Source of the DNA: Trichosphaerium sp. ATCC 40318 | Lineage: Eukaryota; Protista; Tubulinea | DNA: 64,000 nucleotides | Reading direction: 5' to 3' | Assembly: GCA_038496445.1 (NCBI GenBank) | Contig: JALMLS010000354.1 | Location: forward strand, 186,001 to 250,000 | Part shown: one piece after another, positions 53,440 through 64,000 of the stretch | Layout of the letters: each line of letters starts with the position of its first letter | How positions within the stretch are numbered: position 1 is the stretch's first letter | Notes under the pieces: model-generated | What the model was told of the DNA's origin: nothing | Seen by the model: the letters and a program-made list of their open reading frames with translations, nothing else | The model's database searches: none | Position numbers and translations under genes: made by a program

Positions 53440-54269
53440 TCAAGTACAACCGTTGATGTTACATTTGTTTGAGCAAATCTTCTTTGTGCAGGCACTCTTG
53501 TCTGTTACAACTGTAGATTTAATAGTTCCAGGTAAGGTGTATGTCTTGCCGCAGTTTCTGACAGTCATCTTTACAGGTACTTCATAGACACTTCCCTTTG
53601 CTTCAAGGTATCCCATCTCGTCGTGTTTTCTGCCTCCAGCAGCAATTGTACATGTTTCAGATACAGTTACTGATGTTTGTCTCGTATGGCTGCCTCCTCT
53701 CGTGTACGTATTAGATAATGTAACCTTTGTGCCTTCAATAAACACGCTTGTGTCGATTTCGAGTGACACAGTTGCGCTACAACAAAACATTAGCCCAAAA
53801 AAACCCCGGAACAATCGATGTGATCTTCAAAAAAAAAACATAGTGCGAAAGCTTTTAAAAAAATCACGTGCCTATCAGACCATGAGACTGTAGTTGTTTG
53901 ACTGTACCCAAAAGTAGATTCTACAGAGCATGTTTGACCTAATGTGCAGCAAGCAGTGTGTTTGAGGTCATGTGCGGCGATTGGTTTTGGAGAACCAGCG
54001 TTTGCGATACTAACAACGTAATGCTTATTGTCGGTACAGTAGCACGAGTTTGGAGCGTCACAGTGGTCGTGGTCGTGTTGGAAAGTGCCTTTACAAGCCC
54101 AAGCTGATTCATTAGATCCAGGACAGCACCAAGCATTGAAATCATCGTGACAGCAACGTCCTTTGCACTGCATATGAGAGAAATCGCTTCCGCAGTAATG
54201 AGTGCCTCCACAGTTGTCTGATACGACAACAGCAATTAGGAGAGCTAATATGGCGAGCTGTGCTTTCAT
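53440..54269 (-). CDS. Secreted Cys-rich protein with aerolysin/ETX-MTX2-like beta-stem, copy B (tandem paralog)
   Basis: Near-identical to copy A (15 aa differences counted by eye), same GC-donor intron position. Confidence 0.7.
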
Positions 54270-54910
54270 TGTTGTTGAGTTTTGTGTTTTTATGTAACAT
54301 TTCTGGTGAGTTTTCGCAAAAGAACCCTTGTTACACATTTATGCCATTCTTTGTGCGAGAGAGAAACAGAAATAACCACACCTTCGCTGGTTTTTTTGTT
54401 TGTACACAAATATGGCATACAGCAAATCTTGTGTGCGCTGACGTCAAAATTTGGGACAACGGTTGGGTTTATAGCTCACCACGTGCGTTTTTTTTGGATC
54501 AAAACGACATACTGCTAGATGAAAATGATCGTCTGGTATTTGAGTTCTCTCGAAGTTTGTAGCTCCGCATAACTTATTTTGTTATCGTGCAGTACATGAA
54601 GAACAGATTTTATAGTGTACCGTAAGTGAAGTATCGAAAATTTCGGAAGAAAGAGCATCATAGAGCAGACGAATGCTACGAGCTTGCGTTTCTAGTAATA
54701 CAGATTGTTGACTATTATACTAAATTCTATCGTACATTTACAAGAATGGTGCTTTTGATTTTACCACACCCAATAGTTGGATTCAAGAATTCATAGATTA
54801 CTGCGCTCAACACCCGGCTCACTATGTGGTTTAATTTGTGCTTCGTCGAGGATTCACTTGTGACGTAATATGTATCCAACTCGCATCTTAAAAAAAAAGG
54901 TGAAGTTTTT

Positions 54911-56165
54911 CTAAAAATGTTTTTTTAACGCATCAACGACATCCCATCCTTTTGCGCCGATCAGAAGTCTTTTAGTTCGTTGATAGTGATTTAAATCGAT
55001 GTAATTATTGTCCAATAAGCCGCGAAGAGGACTAGTAAAAAATTAAAAAGAGGTACAAAGAATTTATCTCGTTTCCAAAAAAAAAGCTGGGCTTTCGTTT
55101 CCAATTTATGAAACACCTTGAGCATATATCTGATTGTAAAACACTGTATCAGCAATATACAGTATTATACAAGAGTTGGACGCTATATCAATCAAAAAGA
55201 TGGTTTTACCAAATAAGGAGGTAATCAAAAAACAAAAAAAAACTAAGTATTACCTTTTGTCTAGCCTCTGATTTTTACAGTTACCACATAATTTATGCAC
55301 TTTGAATTTTGCCCAATGTTTACATATAGACCTACTAGGTTGCTCTCCTTTCAAAAAAGACCATAAAACTTGAGGTAACAATCCATCCTCGTCATCATGA
55401 ACAACTTGAATATCTTTTTCCAAGTCTATATCATCTAATGAAGTCACCTTGTTTCCAAATCTCAGTGTTGCTGCTAGAATACATTTATGCATATGCGTTA
55501 GCCTTTTTATTTTACGTGGTGAAAGTGGCACGTGATGGCGTGTTTTTTGAAAGTAGTGAGTGATCGCTGGATTTGGACAATGTTTATCTTTACCATGAGG
55601 AAATAATCGCTTCCCAGGAGATCCCTGGCTTGGCTGTGAACTATTAAATAAAAGAGGGCTACTATAAGGCTCCTCTATTTGTGTTTCATCATCTCCGTTT
55701 TGAAATAGTGGATGTGTTGTCTCTACAGGAGGAGACGCATCTTCAAACAAAAACGCTTCGAAAAAAAAATTCAGTAATTGAACCAAAAAGAAATAAAGTG
55801 TCACGTGATAAACACAAAGTGTTGAACGCTCCAATTTTAAGAAAACCCTTACTGTTGGGCGGTGGAGGGGAAATGTAAAATTAAGTGACCAGCAACATCC
55901 ACAAAAAGCAGAATGAAGTCGTTGTTCAATCCGTACATGAAAAATCTACTTCGTTTTCACTGTTTTGAGATTCTCTCTGGCTTTCCTCTATGATTTCATC
56001 TGGAGATTGATTCAGTAGCTCGTCTAACGTTATGCTGTCTGTTGCCGATTGTTTTCTGCGATTCGTTAACGTTGTCGCTCGTTTTGTTGGTCTTTCGCTA
56101 GAAAAACTCGTAGGCGCTTTACGCTTTAATCCTATGCGTTTCGGTCGCCCTAGAAACTGTTCCAT
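54911..56165 (-). CDS. Hypothetical nuclear protein, possible C-terminal winged helix
   Basis: MEQFLGRPKRIGLKRK (NLS-like), SQ/TQ/SP-rich disordered region, last exon LLDNNYIDL...KGWDVVDALKKHF*. Ends uncertain. Confidence 0.5.
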
Positions 56166-57090
56166 GCACGTAAGTCTGCAAAATAATTCATTTAACGTAA
56201 ACCGATCAGAGACGTTTAAAAACATATTCTTTCATACGCACACATAAAGAGAAAGTGTACCAAACAAGTGTCAAACCAAATTAGGCAGATTAAACAAAAA
56301 AAGTTTGACTTTCTACGAAAAGTTTTTCTGAAACTAAAACTCAAAAAAACTGACTACACTAATTGCAATTAACTTACGCACTAAAGAATGAATTAACAAC
56401 CTGAACAACATAAATACATAAGGGTGTCAGTATTGGTATTTACATGTAGAGCAAACTTAAAGAACTTGAAGTACAATATGTACCTGAAGTGGCTGAATAC
56501 ATTGTTGCAAAAGAAAAAAAAAAAAAGAAACGGAAGGAGATCCATGCAAGCAAGCTTGCAAATAACTCTTGTTGATAGGTAAATTACTAATGGATCTGTT
56601 ATAGAGAAAAATCATTGAGAATTTAAACACGAGAAGCATACATTTCAATAAATTATGGATAAAATCGTAAACGAAATTTCACTTATCCAGAAAAAATCAA
56701 TCAAATTCTGAGAACAAAGAAACCTCAAAGCCTTCGCAAAAAAAAAGCCCGCCATATTTTCAAACTTCATGAGTGAATACTCAAACAGTACCCAGAGTCC
56801 CAAAAAAAGGTACACCTAATACAGAGCACCCTCAAATCAAAAAAACGTCGCAACTTGTTCATAAAAAAAAAAATACAACTTAGTCTAGTTTCTATCTCTA
56901 ACATACACAAATGTTTAATCTCTACAAAATAGCCTACAGAAAAAAATGTAAACATAAGACTCATGCATCTTATGAAAGGCGTATTATAATAGATACAGAT
57001 AATGGTCGATAGATATTAAAGGGTTTTGTAAAAGGGAGTCACTATAGGTATAACAATAAGATAATAACAGTAGGTCATTATAAAAAGAAA

Positions 57091-59204
57091 TTATTGGTCA
57101 CGTGCCTGTTCTTCAATCCTACCATTTTCATCATCGTTTATGACAAGATCATATTCTTCTTTCTTTATTGTTCTTCTATAAGCCCAGCAACCAAGGTAAA
57201 CAGCTGTGACAATAGCAGTCATTACTGCCATTATGGAGACTAGTATAATCTTTACCAAGCGGCCATAAATCAGCGCTAAGTAGAGTAAGAGTAGTCCAAC
57301 AAACGGAAGTCTAAACGCTTGAAGAATTCACATAAAAGAAAAACGTCAAAAAAAAATTAGTACCCATATTAACTGGTAAGTCACCAAGGCCTACAGTAGG
57401 ATCCCAATACATACTCGTTTCAGGTTTCTTTCCTACCGAAAAATAGAGACGTTTTGCTGCGACTATTTTAGCGTCTGTATTGCCTGTTTCACAAATTAAC
57501 GCCAAATTACTTTTTAGGTGAAGTCTTTTTTTTTTTTACCTTTCAAGAACATATCCGCAGAAGCTCCAGTAAAATTGTTCATATTCAAATCGTATAAAGG
57601 AGATGATTTAATATCAATAAGTTGTTGATCAACAAGCGCATGAGCAGTATCCTCCCACATCTACGTTTAAAAAAAATCCAATAAGTTTTTGTTGTTTGCA
57701 TAGGTTTTTTTTATCTTTTTATCAACGTACAAAGTACTGCTGTGTTGAAGCGCCTAAAGTGTGTATATAGTTCTCTTTAGGTCTATCTACTACTGATTCT
57801 GTATGATTTGATGACATAGATTCAGCGTATAGAATGCTTACACCAAAGCTCAAATACCTATTCTTTTTGGTGCTCGAAAAAGGAAATTTGTTTAATTTAA
57901 TGTCAATCTTGGAGCTCTTTGGTGTTAGGATTTTGTATGTAGGCGTCACTCCTACGCGTAAAGTTAATTTAAACACCCAAACTTAGGTTCAATACAGAGT
58001 CATAAAAGGTAGTTGGCGATTAGAAGAAAACATACCTGATTTAGCTGAAAATTGAGCTTGAAAAGAAAAATCAAACAAATCTGTTGCGTTTGGGCCATGA
58101 TTCAATACTGTAGAGAAGTTGAACGTTCCAAAAGTACCATCAAACTTATAACAAATAATATCCCACTCCTATAATCAAAGAAAAGAGTAAATAAACAACA
58201 AAAAAACTGTCCAAGAAAAAGATGAACTTTTCTTCAGTTAAAACAAAAAAAACGTGCCCTGTCTTCAAGTGTTATAACCTTTATTACTTTATCATGAACT
58301 GGATCATATAACTTGTTACCATCATTATCTTCAAACTCAAGTACTTCATCAAATACAACAGTCATCATAGACGTAAAGTTACCGACATAAAACTAAAACA
58401 AAGAATAAATAAAAAAATTGAAAAAAAAAGAAAAGAAGAAAGAAAAAGGCTTAGCAGAAGTGAGAATATACTGTGCTGCCTGGACGCCTTCTAACTATTA
58501 TAACACAAGTATACTAGTACACAAAAAAAAATTGAGGACACAAGGGCTGGCAAGTCTTCGCAACACCAATCTGAAGACTTTGGGGTTTGTTGGCATTTAG
58601 ACCCAAAATAAAAAAGAAGCCGTTTTTGGGTTGTACCTCATCTAGAGTGTAGTTTCCTTTATGTAAGAAATCTTCTGGGTTCTTAAAGTATGCCATTGAT
58701 ACTGTAGGCGATGTACCTTGCATGGCAAACGCACGAGCGCTGATTTGACATTAAATGGACACGCAATTATTAAAAGGGTTGACATTTGATTTGAATAGTA
58801 CAAATGACTATGGCCTCTTGTAGAGCACTATTTTAGAGGTGGAAAATGATGAAGAATTTGGCGCTTGGGTAAGAAAAGTGACGTGAAAGTGTGTGAATGC
58901 TTGATTCGTACCTAATAGTGCTATTGTCAAAGGACTCAGACCCAAATGAGTCGAAAAAGGCTATACCGCTATCGTTCGCGTTTGGAATAACAGAAACGCG
59001 TACGACTCGCGTTGGGAATAGTGTATCTCCATTTTGTAGCGTAACTTCTACACGACTTTTTTAGCGTCTTTTCTTTAGCTACCATTAGTTTGTGTACGTA
59101 CTAGATAGCTCAGGGAAATCCTTCTGGGGCGGGCACACCCTGGTAGAATTAACAATTGTCAAATACGCCATGACAGCGTAAGTAAGTACAATAATTAACT
59201 TCAT
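57091..59204 (-). CDS. Type I membrane glycoprotein, GLMP/NCU-G1-like (tentative)
   Basis: Signal MKLIIVLTYAVMAYLTIVNS, many N-x-S/T sites, VLEFEDNDG, YWDPTVGLGDLP, C-terminal TM and YDLV sorting-like motif. Confidence 0.55.
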
Positions 59205-59455
59205 GGCGTAACAAACAGCCTCGCGTTGGCAATTACAGCGCCTATAATTCTTCAAAACATACCGAAGTCCCGACTCGTCAAAATGTTTTTTTAGTTGATG
59301 CTCTGTGAAAGTTGACGTGCCATCAGACGTAGTAGGAATTCAAGACTGGCAACGGTGGAAACTTCAAACGAGGTGGCGGTTAGTATTTGGAATAGTAGCC
59401 GTATGGCCTCAATGGCCAGCGGTAATTACTTTGAACCGTTCGCCAACATCTCTGA

Positions 59456-60874
59456 ATGCACGTATTGAGTACTATAGCCATATTTGTACCTTTTGTATTT
59501 TTCAATGTGTAAAATATTGAAAAAATAATTACACCTACCATTTCGAGAGCAAGCCTTGTTCAACCGTCTAATAATGTATAGGCCATATATTAGACCTACC
59601 TAATGAGATGATATATACTATACTCGCGCAAACAACTCTTGAAGATGTATTATCTGTTCGATCGACGTCAACAAGGTTTAGAGCAGTTACAAACCTTTTG
59701 AATGTTGTTAGGGTACGTAAAAAACAAAATATTTTGTACGCAATTTTTTTTTTTTGTAAAAGTTAGTCTCCACGTCTTTTACGTTTCAAAAACTGATCAA
59801 TTATCATGTTTGTAGGTCATTCTTCGAGTTTACAAATGCGACATTGTGTGTAAGTTCAAGAATATTACGACGTCGGATAAATTGGGTATAACAACGTCGG
59901 ACACTGGAAAGGTAAATGAAATCAAAAAAGGAAATGCACAAATTTTTTTTTCTCACCTTTATAAACTATTGAAATTGGGCGCACGTGATATTCATTTATT
60001 TCGTAAATAACGTCGGAATATAGGTTTTGCTATGCCAATCAAAGAGTGTACTAGCCATTGACATGAAAACAGGGAAGATAGATACCATAGGTACGCCGAA
60101 AAAAAAGTTACAAAAGCCAAGTGGTTTTTTTGTTTGATTTTTTTGTTAGCTTCAACTTTTTGGAACCCAAAAGGTATTGCTTATGACAGAGATGGTTCTG
60201 TTGTAATAGCAGATGCTGGACATGATATTATAGTACGCATTGGAGTAAGTGGTAAAAAACGTACTATCGCTGGTATTCGAAAAACATCGGGTTACGTAAA
60301 TGGAAAGAAATGCCTTTTAGATGAACCAAGAGGCATGGCTTTTGATAAAAAAGGAAACTTGATTTTCTGCGACGCATACAATAATAGGATTCGTCAATTA
60401 TCACGTGATGGGTTTGTATCAAAAGTAGCAGGATCTGGTAACAGTAATAACGTCAATGAGACAGTATGTACAAGGAAGGCAGGGTTTTCTTATCCTGAAT
60501 TCATATGCATCGATCATAGAAACGGAGATATTTATATTGTAGATTTTTCGTGCGATCACTCTGCTTCTACTATACGTCTTATTAAAAATGGTAAAGTATA
60601 TCCTATACTCATAGCAGGCAAGAATAATGTTCCGAGGATTATAAATGGCTTGGCTATCAGCAGTAGAGGACACTTGTATTTTATGGCGAATGGTGTTTTT
60701 AAAGTTTTTAAAGAGTGTGGTATTCAGCATGTTATAAGGCTGAAAATCACACGTGAGGTTAAGCAAAATATAACAAACTATAGTGGGCTTTGTTATTGTA
60801 ATAATGCGCTGTATTTTATAGGTAATCACGGTGACGCAGCGGCGCCTGCAAAGTTGTACAGAATAAACTTGTAA
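59456..60874 (+). CDS. F-box protein with NHL-repeat beta-propeller
   Basis: ILDLPNEMIYTIL...VRSTSTRFR (F-box); FWNPKGIAYD, LDEPRGMAFD..GNLIFCDAYNNRIR (NHL). Start uncertain. Confidence 0.8.
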
Positions 60875-61240
60875 ATTAGAGAAAAAAAAACCGGAAAAGT
60901 CAATTGATAACTGACGTTTATTTGGTCCCATTGCTAATGTTGCACAGCTCAGTGATCTCCATGAACCAACATTCTAAGCAGTTTGCAGCTGTGGTGTTAT
61001 ACGCAAGGTCTTTTTCCGCATGACCTTAGCAATCATGAAACAAAACCAAAAGTGTCAATGACCTTTTTTCATATGATTGATTATTCGCAACTTAACGAAT
61101 TGGTCACTTAACTTAGTTCTGCTAAGTGGTTCCTTTGTAGGTAACGAAACGCGCTCAACTTTACATATAGTATCCTACACATACAAGTGAGTATAATGAA
61201 ACTATCTTTTAATAACGTTAACAAAACTAGCTAGTTACAA

Positions 61241-64000
61241 ATGGAAGACATGGATATCGACTCAAAATCGGAGTCTGCAACTACTGAGGTTGCCGTTGCA
61301 AGAAAAAAACGGCGAAAAACGCGCGAGGAAGTTGCTATGACACCTGAGTTACCATACGAGATATTACTCATAATTCTGCTACAAATACGGCGTGTGGATT
61401 TGAAAAGAGCGGCTTGTGTTGACGTACGGTAAAACAAAAACTTGTGGAATGCTTAAAAGTCTCTCAGCGATTCTGGTGCGACGTTAGTCGCGATCCAATG
61501 CTAAATTGGATCCCTTTATTCGAAGAAGAGGTAGGGAAAGGAAAAATAAGAGGAACTTGGACGTTAGAGCGAATAGAGAATGACAAGCCATCCTGGGGAT
61601 CGGGGACTATAGATCGCAAGGCTATGGACAAGCAAATACGCCTACTCAAGAGTATACCAACCAATAAACTACAAGTTGAGGAGTTAAACTTAAACTACCT
61701 ATCGAGAACATGGAATGAACATCATAAGTGCATCGTACGGACCATAAGCTTCAAATGACTTTCGAGTTTTTTTTTAAACGACTTTTGTTTATTCTTCTTT
61801 TTGTAGCTTTCCTCGGGCGAGCATGAGTTTACTATTGTGACAAAAGGATTATTGCTTCCTTGTCGTGCTTCTAATACATTGAATTGGAAAGATTTGATGT
61901 CAAAGACCGGATTGTGGCGTATGGATATTGAAAAAACTGGTTACGAAGAAAATTCTGGTCCTAAATTAAACCTCAGTCTTCTCCTCAATTCAAGAAGGTA
62001 CTCACCTCTAAACATACCCCATCTCTTCTTTATAATGTTGTGGTTATACTTCAACGTTATAAGGATCCACACTTGTTGTTTTACGCTCAAAAACAGTTAT
62101 TCTTTTCTTGGTGGTTCCTGTGATTTTTTTTTTTACACTTTTTTTCGAAGGTTGTACGATACAGTTCAAAGCAAAGCACATGTTCCTGGTCTAATGTTTA
62201 TGATGATTATCGCTATTGCTGATAACGTTAAACAAACACTCTCCAAACCTTTTGTAGAGCTAGCTTCTTTGAAAAAGCCGTTTATATGCATGGTGCGTCT
62301 TGTCACTTTTCAAAGGAAGACGATTTATGATGTTTACTCTTCTTAGGATGGCGTAACGATGACGAAACAACCTGAAGACCTTAAATTGACACTATATAAG
62401 TATCAGCAGAATGCTTACAACTGGATGTTAGCCGTTGAGAGAGAACAAAACTTTCATGGTAACCAGCCTCATTTTTTTTTTGCTTTTTTTTTTTGAGTTT
62501 CCACTTTGACGTTACTGATTTTTTTTTTGAAAGAGTTCAAGTACACTTCGTTGTTACCTTGGCGCCGATCAAAGACGTCTATTCTTTTTGATATTGTAAA
62601 GAAAGAGATGCTTACAGCTGAGCAAATTGAAAAGAAAGGGAAATGTGGGACAGTCACTTTTTCTGGTGGTATATTAGCAGGTACGTACCTACCTTTTGAT
62701 TACAAATATGGACCCAAAACCTTTTAACCTACACTTCATTTCGTTAACCTCTCTTAGATGACATGGGACTCGGTAAAACCATTGAAGGTACAAAACGTTT
62801 TTTTGAACTTTTTTTTTTTTCTTCCTTATTTTGAAGTGTTCTCGCTTCCTTGCTTATCTACCTGGATAATCATCTTAGTCTTTCTTTCCTTTAGTACTAG
62901 CGTTGCTTCTCGCAAACCCGAAAGAAAATCATAAACCTAGTATTATTAAGGGTGATGACGATGTTCAGTTCTACTCTTCTAAAGCCACTCTTGGTACGCT
63001 TGACCACCGCCTCCTACATCTTTTGTACTTTCTTATTTGCTCATAAACTATAGTATGTTGTCCTAGTCACCTTGCAAAGCAGTGGTGTGAGGAGATACAA
63101 AAGCATTCCAAGAGTAAACTCGATGTGAAAAAAATAACAACAATCACTCAACTTCGTAAATGGAACGCTGAGTCCTTATCAAATGCCGGTACGTACAATA
63201 AACATTTATATTTTTACTTGAGGAGTATCCTTGAGTCTATAACCTATCAAGTCATTGATATTTGCTTTATGTTTATTGACTTTAAAGTCCCTTAAGCTTA
63301 TGTTTTTTTTTTCTTAGATGTTGTTGTTGTATCGTATGAGTTTTTAAAAAATATGAATTATCTCAAGATGGTGATGCCAAAAGAACGTTCTATTAGGAAG
63401 AACATCCAAACTGAACGCGCTAATGCTATAAAATCGAAGAGAAGGGTATGTAACATACTTCTAAGAATCAATATTGAAATCGAAACTAGACTGCAATCAA
63501 CAAAAAAAATTTGTCTGCAAAGTCGAAGGTGACACCTATTCTTGATTACTTCATGTGGCATCGTTTAATTCTCGATGAGGTACATTATTCACCTTAAAAA
63601 CGTTACTTTACTTACACTAAACGAACTAAAGGGTCACGAACATATCACTGAACCTTTCTACGAAGGTACAACCTCAAACAAAAAAACAAAGAAAAACATT
63701 TTTGAGTCATCAAGTCTTTGAAGTCTTACACTTTTTAGAAATCCTGTGTAACAATCTCAAGGCAGACTTGAAGTGGTATGTTACTGGTACGTAATACTTA
63801 GTATTTCAATACCTTCAGTAGCGTCAGCCTGACCCAATATTTTTTAGGCACTCCGTTCCCAAAAACGTAAGTTAAAAAATTTGAGTTGAATGCAGATACC
63901 GCTTTATTACGCACGTGTTTTAACGCTTACTGATTTTCGTTTTGAATAGTTCTGTAATCATGGGCGCACTCAAGTTCTTGATGAAGACTACAACATTGGA
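61241..64000 (+). CDS. F-box plus Rad5/Rad16-like SNF2 ATPase, truncated by the window end
   Basis: PELPYEILLIILL...AACVSQRFW (F-box); LYKYQ, GGILADDMGLGKT, ATLVCCPSHLAKQW, VVVVSY, WHRLILDEGH, KWYVTGTP across small exons. Confidence 0.88.

Noticed and set aside
54410-54835. Possible small plus-strand gene ending ...AQHPAHYVV*
   Set aside because: I could not build a consistent spliced frame.
56250-57050. A-rich 800-bp stretch as ncRNA or mobile element
   Set aside because: No terminal repeats, cloverleaf, snoRNA boxes or credible ORF; likely UTR or intergenic DNA.
1-64000. Functional cluster of genome-maintenance genes (ligase, IGHMBP2, PARP, TOP2, AlkB, SNF2)
   Set aside because: They are interspersed with unrelated genes; with about 30 genes in the window this is compatible with chance.
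1-64000. Fragmented ORFs as pseudogenes or an alternative genetic code
   Set aside because: Breaks coincide with GT/GC-AG introns; conserved proteins splice cleanly in the standard code and TAA, TAG and TGA all act as stops.

Overview
Gene-dense, AT-rich eukaryotic nuclear DNA, probably from a free-living protist (exact lineage not determinable). It holds about 30 protein-coding genes broken by many short introns (mostly 40-120 nt), often in divergent pairs only 90-250 bp apart. Recognisable genes: a minimal ATP-dependent DNA ligase, a GNAT, IGHMBP2/Hcs1 helicase, Arp10, a fatty-acid elongase, topoisomerase II, astacin, DRAM/Frag1, a dual-specificity phosphatase, CDC20, an AlkB-type dioxygenase, a Ser/Thr kinase, DUF1152, F-box/NHL and F-box/SNF2 proteins. 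No RNA genes, CRISPR arrays or mobile elements could be supported. The standout, visible only after manual splicing, is a gene at 15193-17853 encoding a single-chain histone H2B-H2A doublet fused to a WGR-like domain and an intact PARP4-like ADP-ribosyltransferase. Other notable items: a Reeler/LPMO-like/CBM6 apparent polyprotein with an internal signal peptide, a tandem pair of small aerolysin-like secreted proteins, an intron-containing CiaB-like gene starting 5 nt after the ligase stop, strong over-representation of CACGTG, and frequent GC donors and AAG acceptors. All gene models were spliced by eye and family calls rest on recalled motifs, not database searches.
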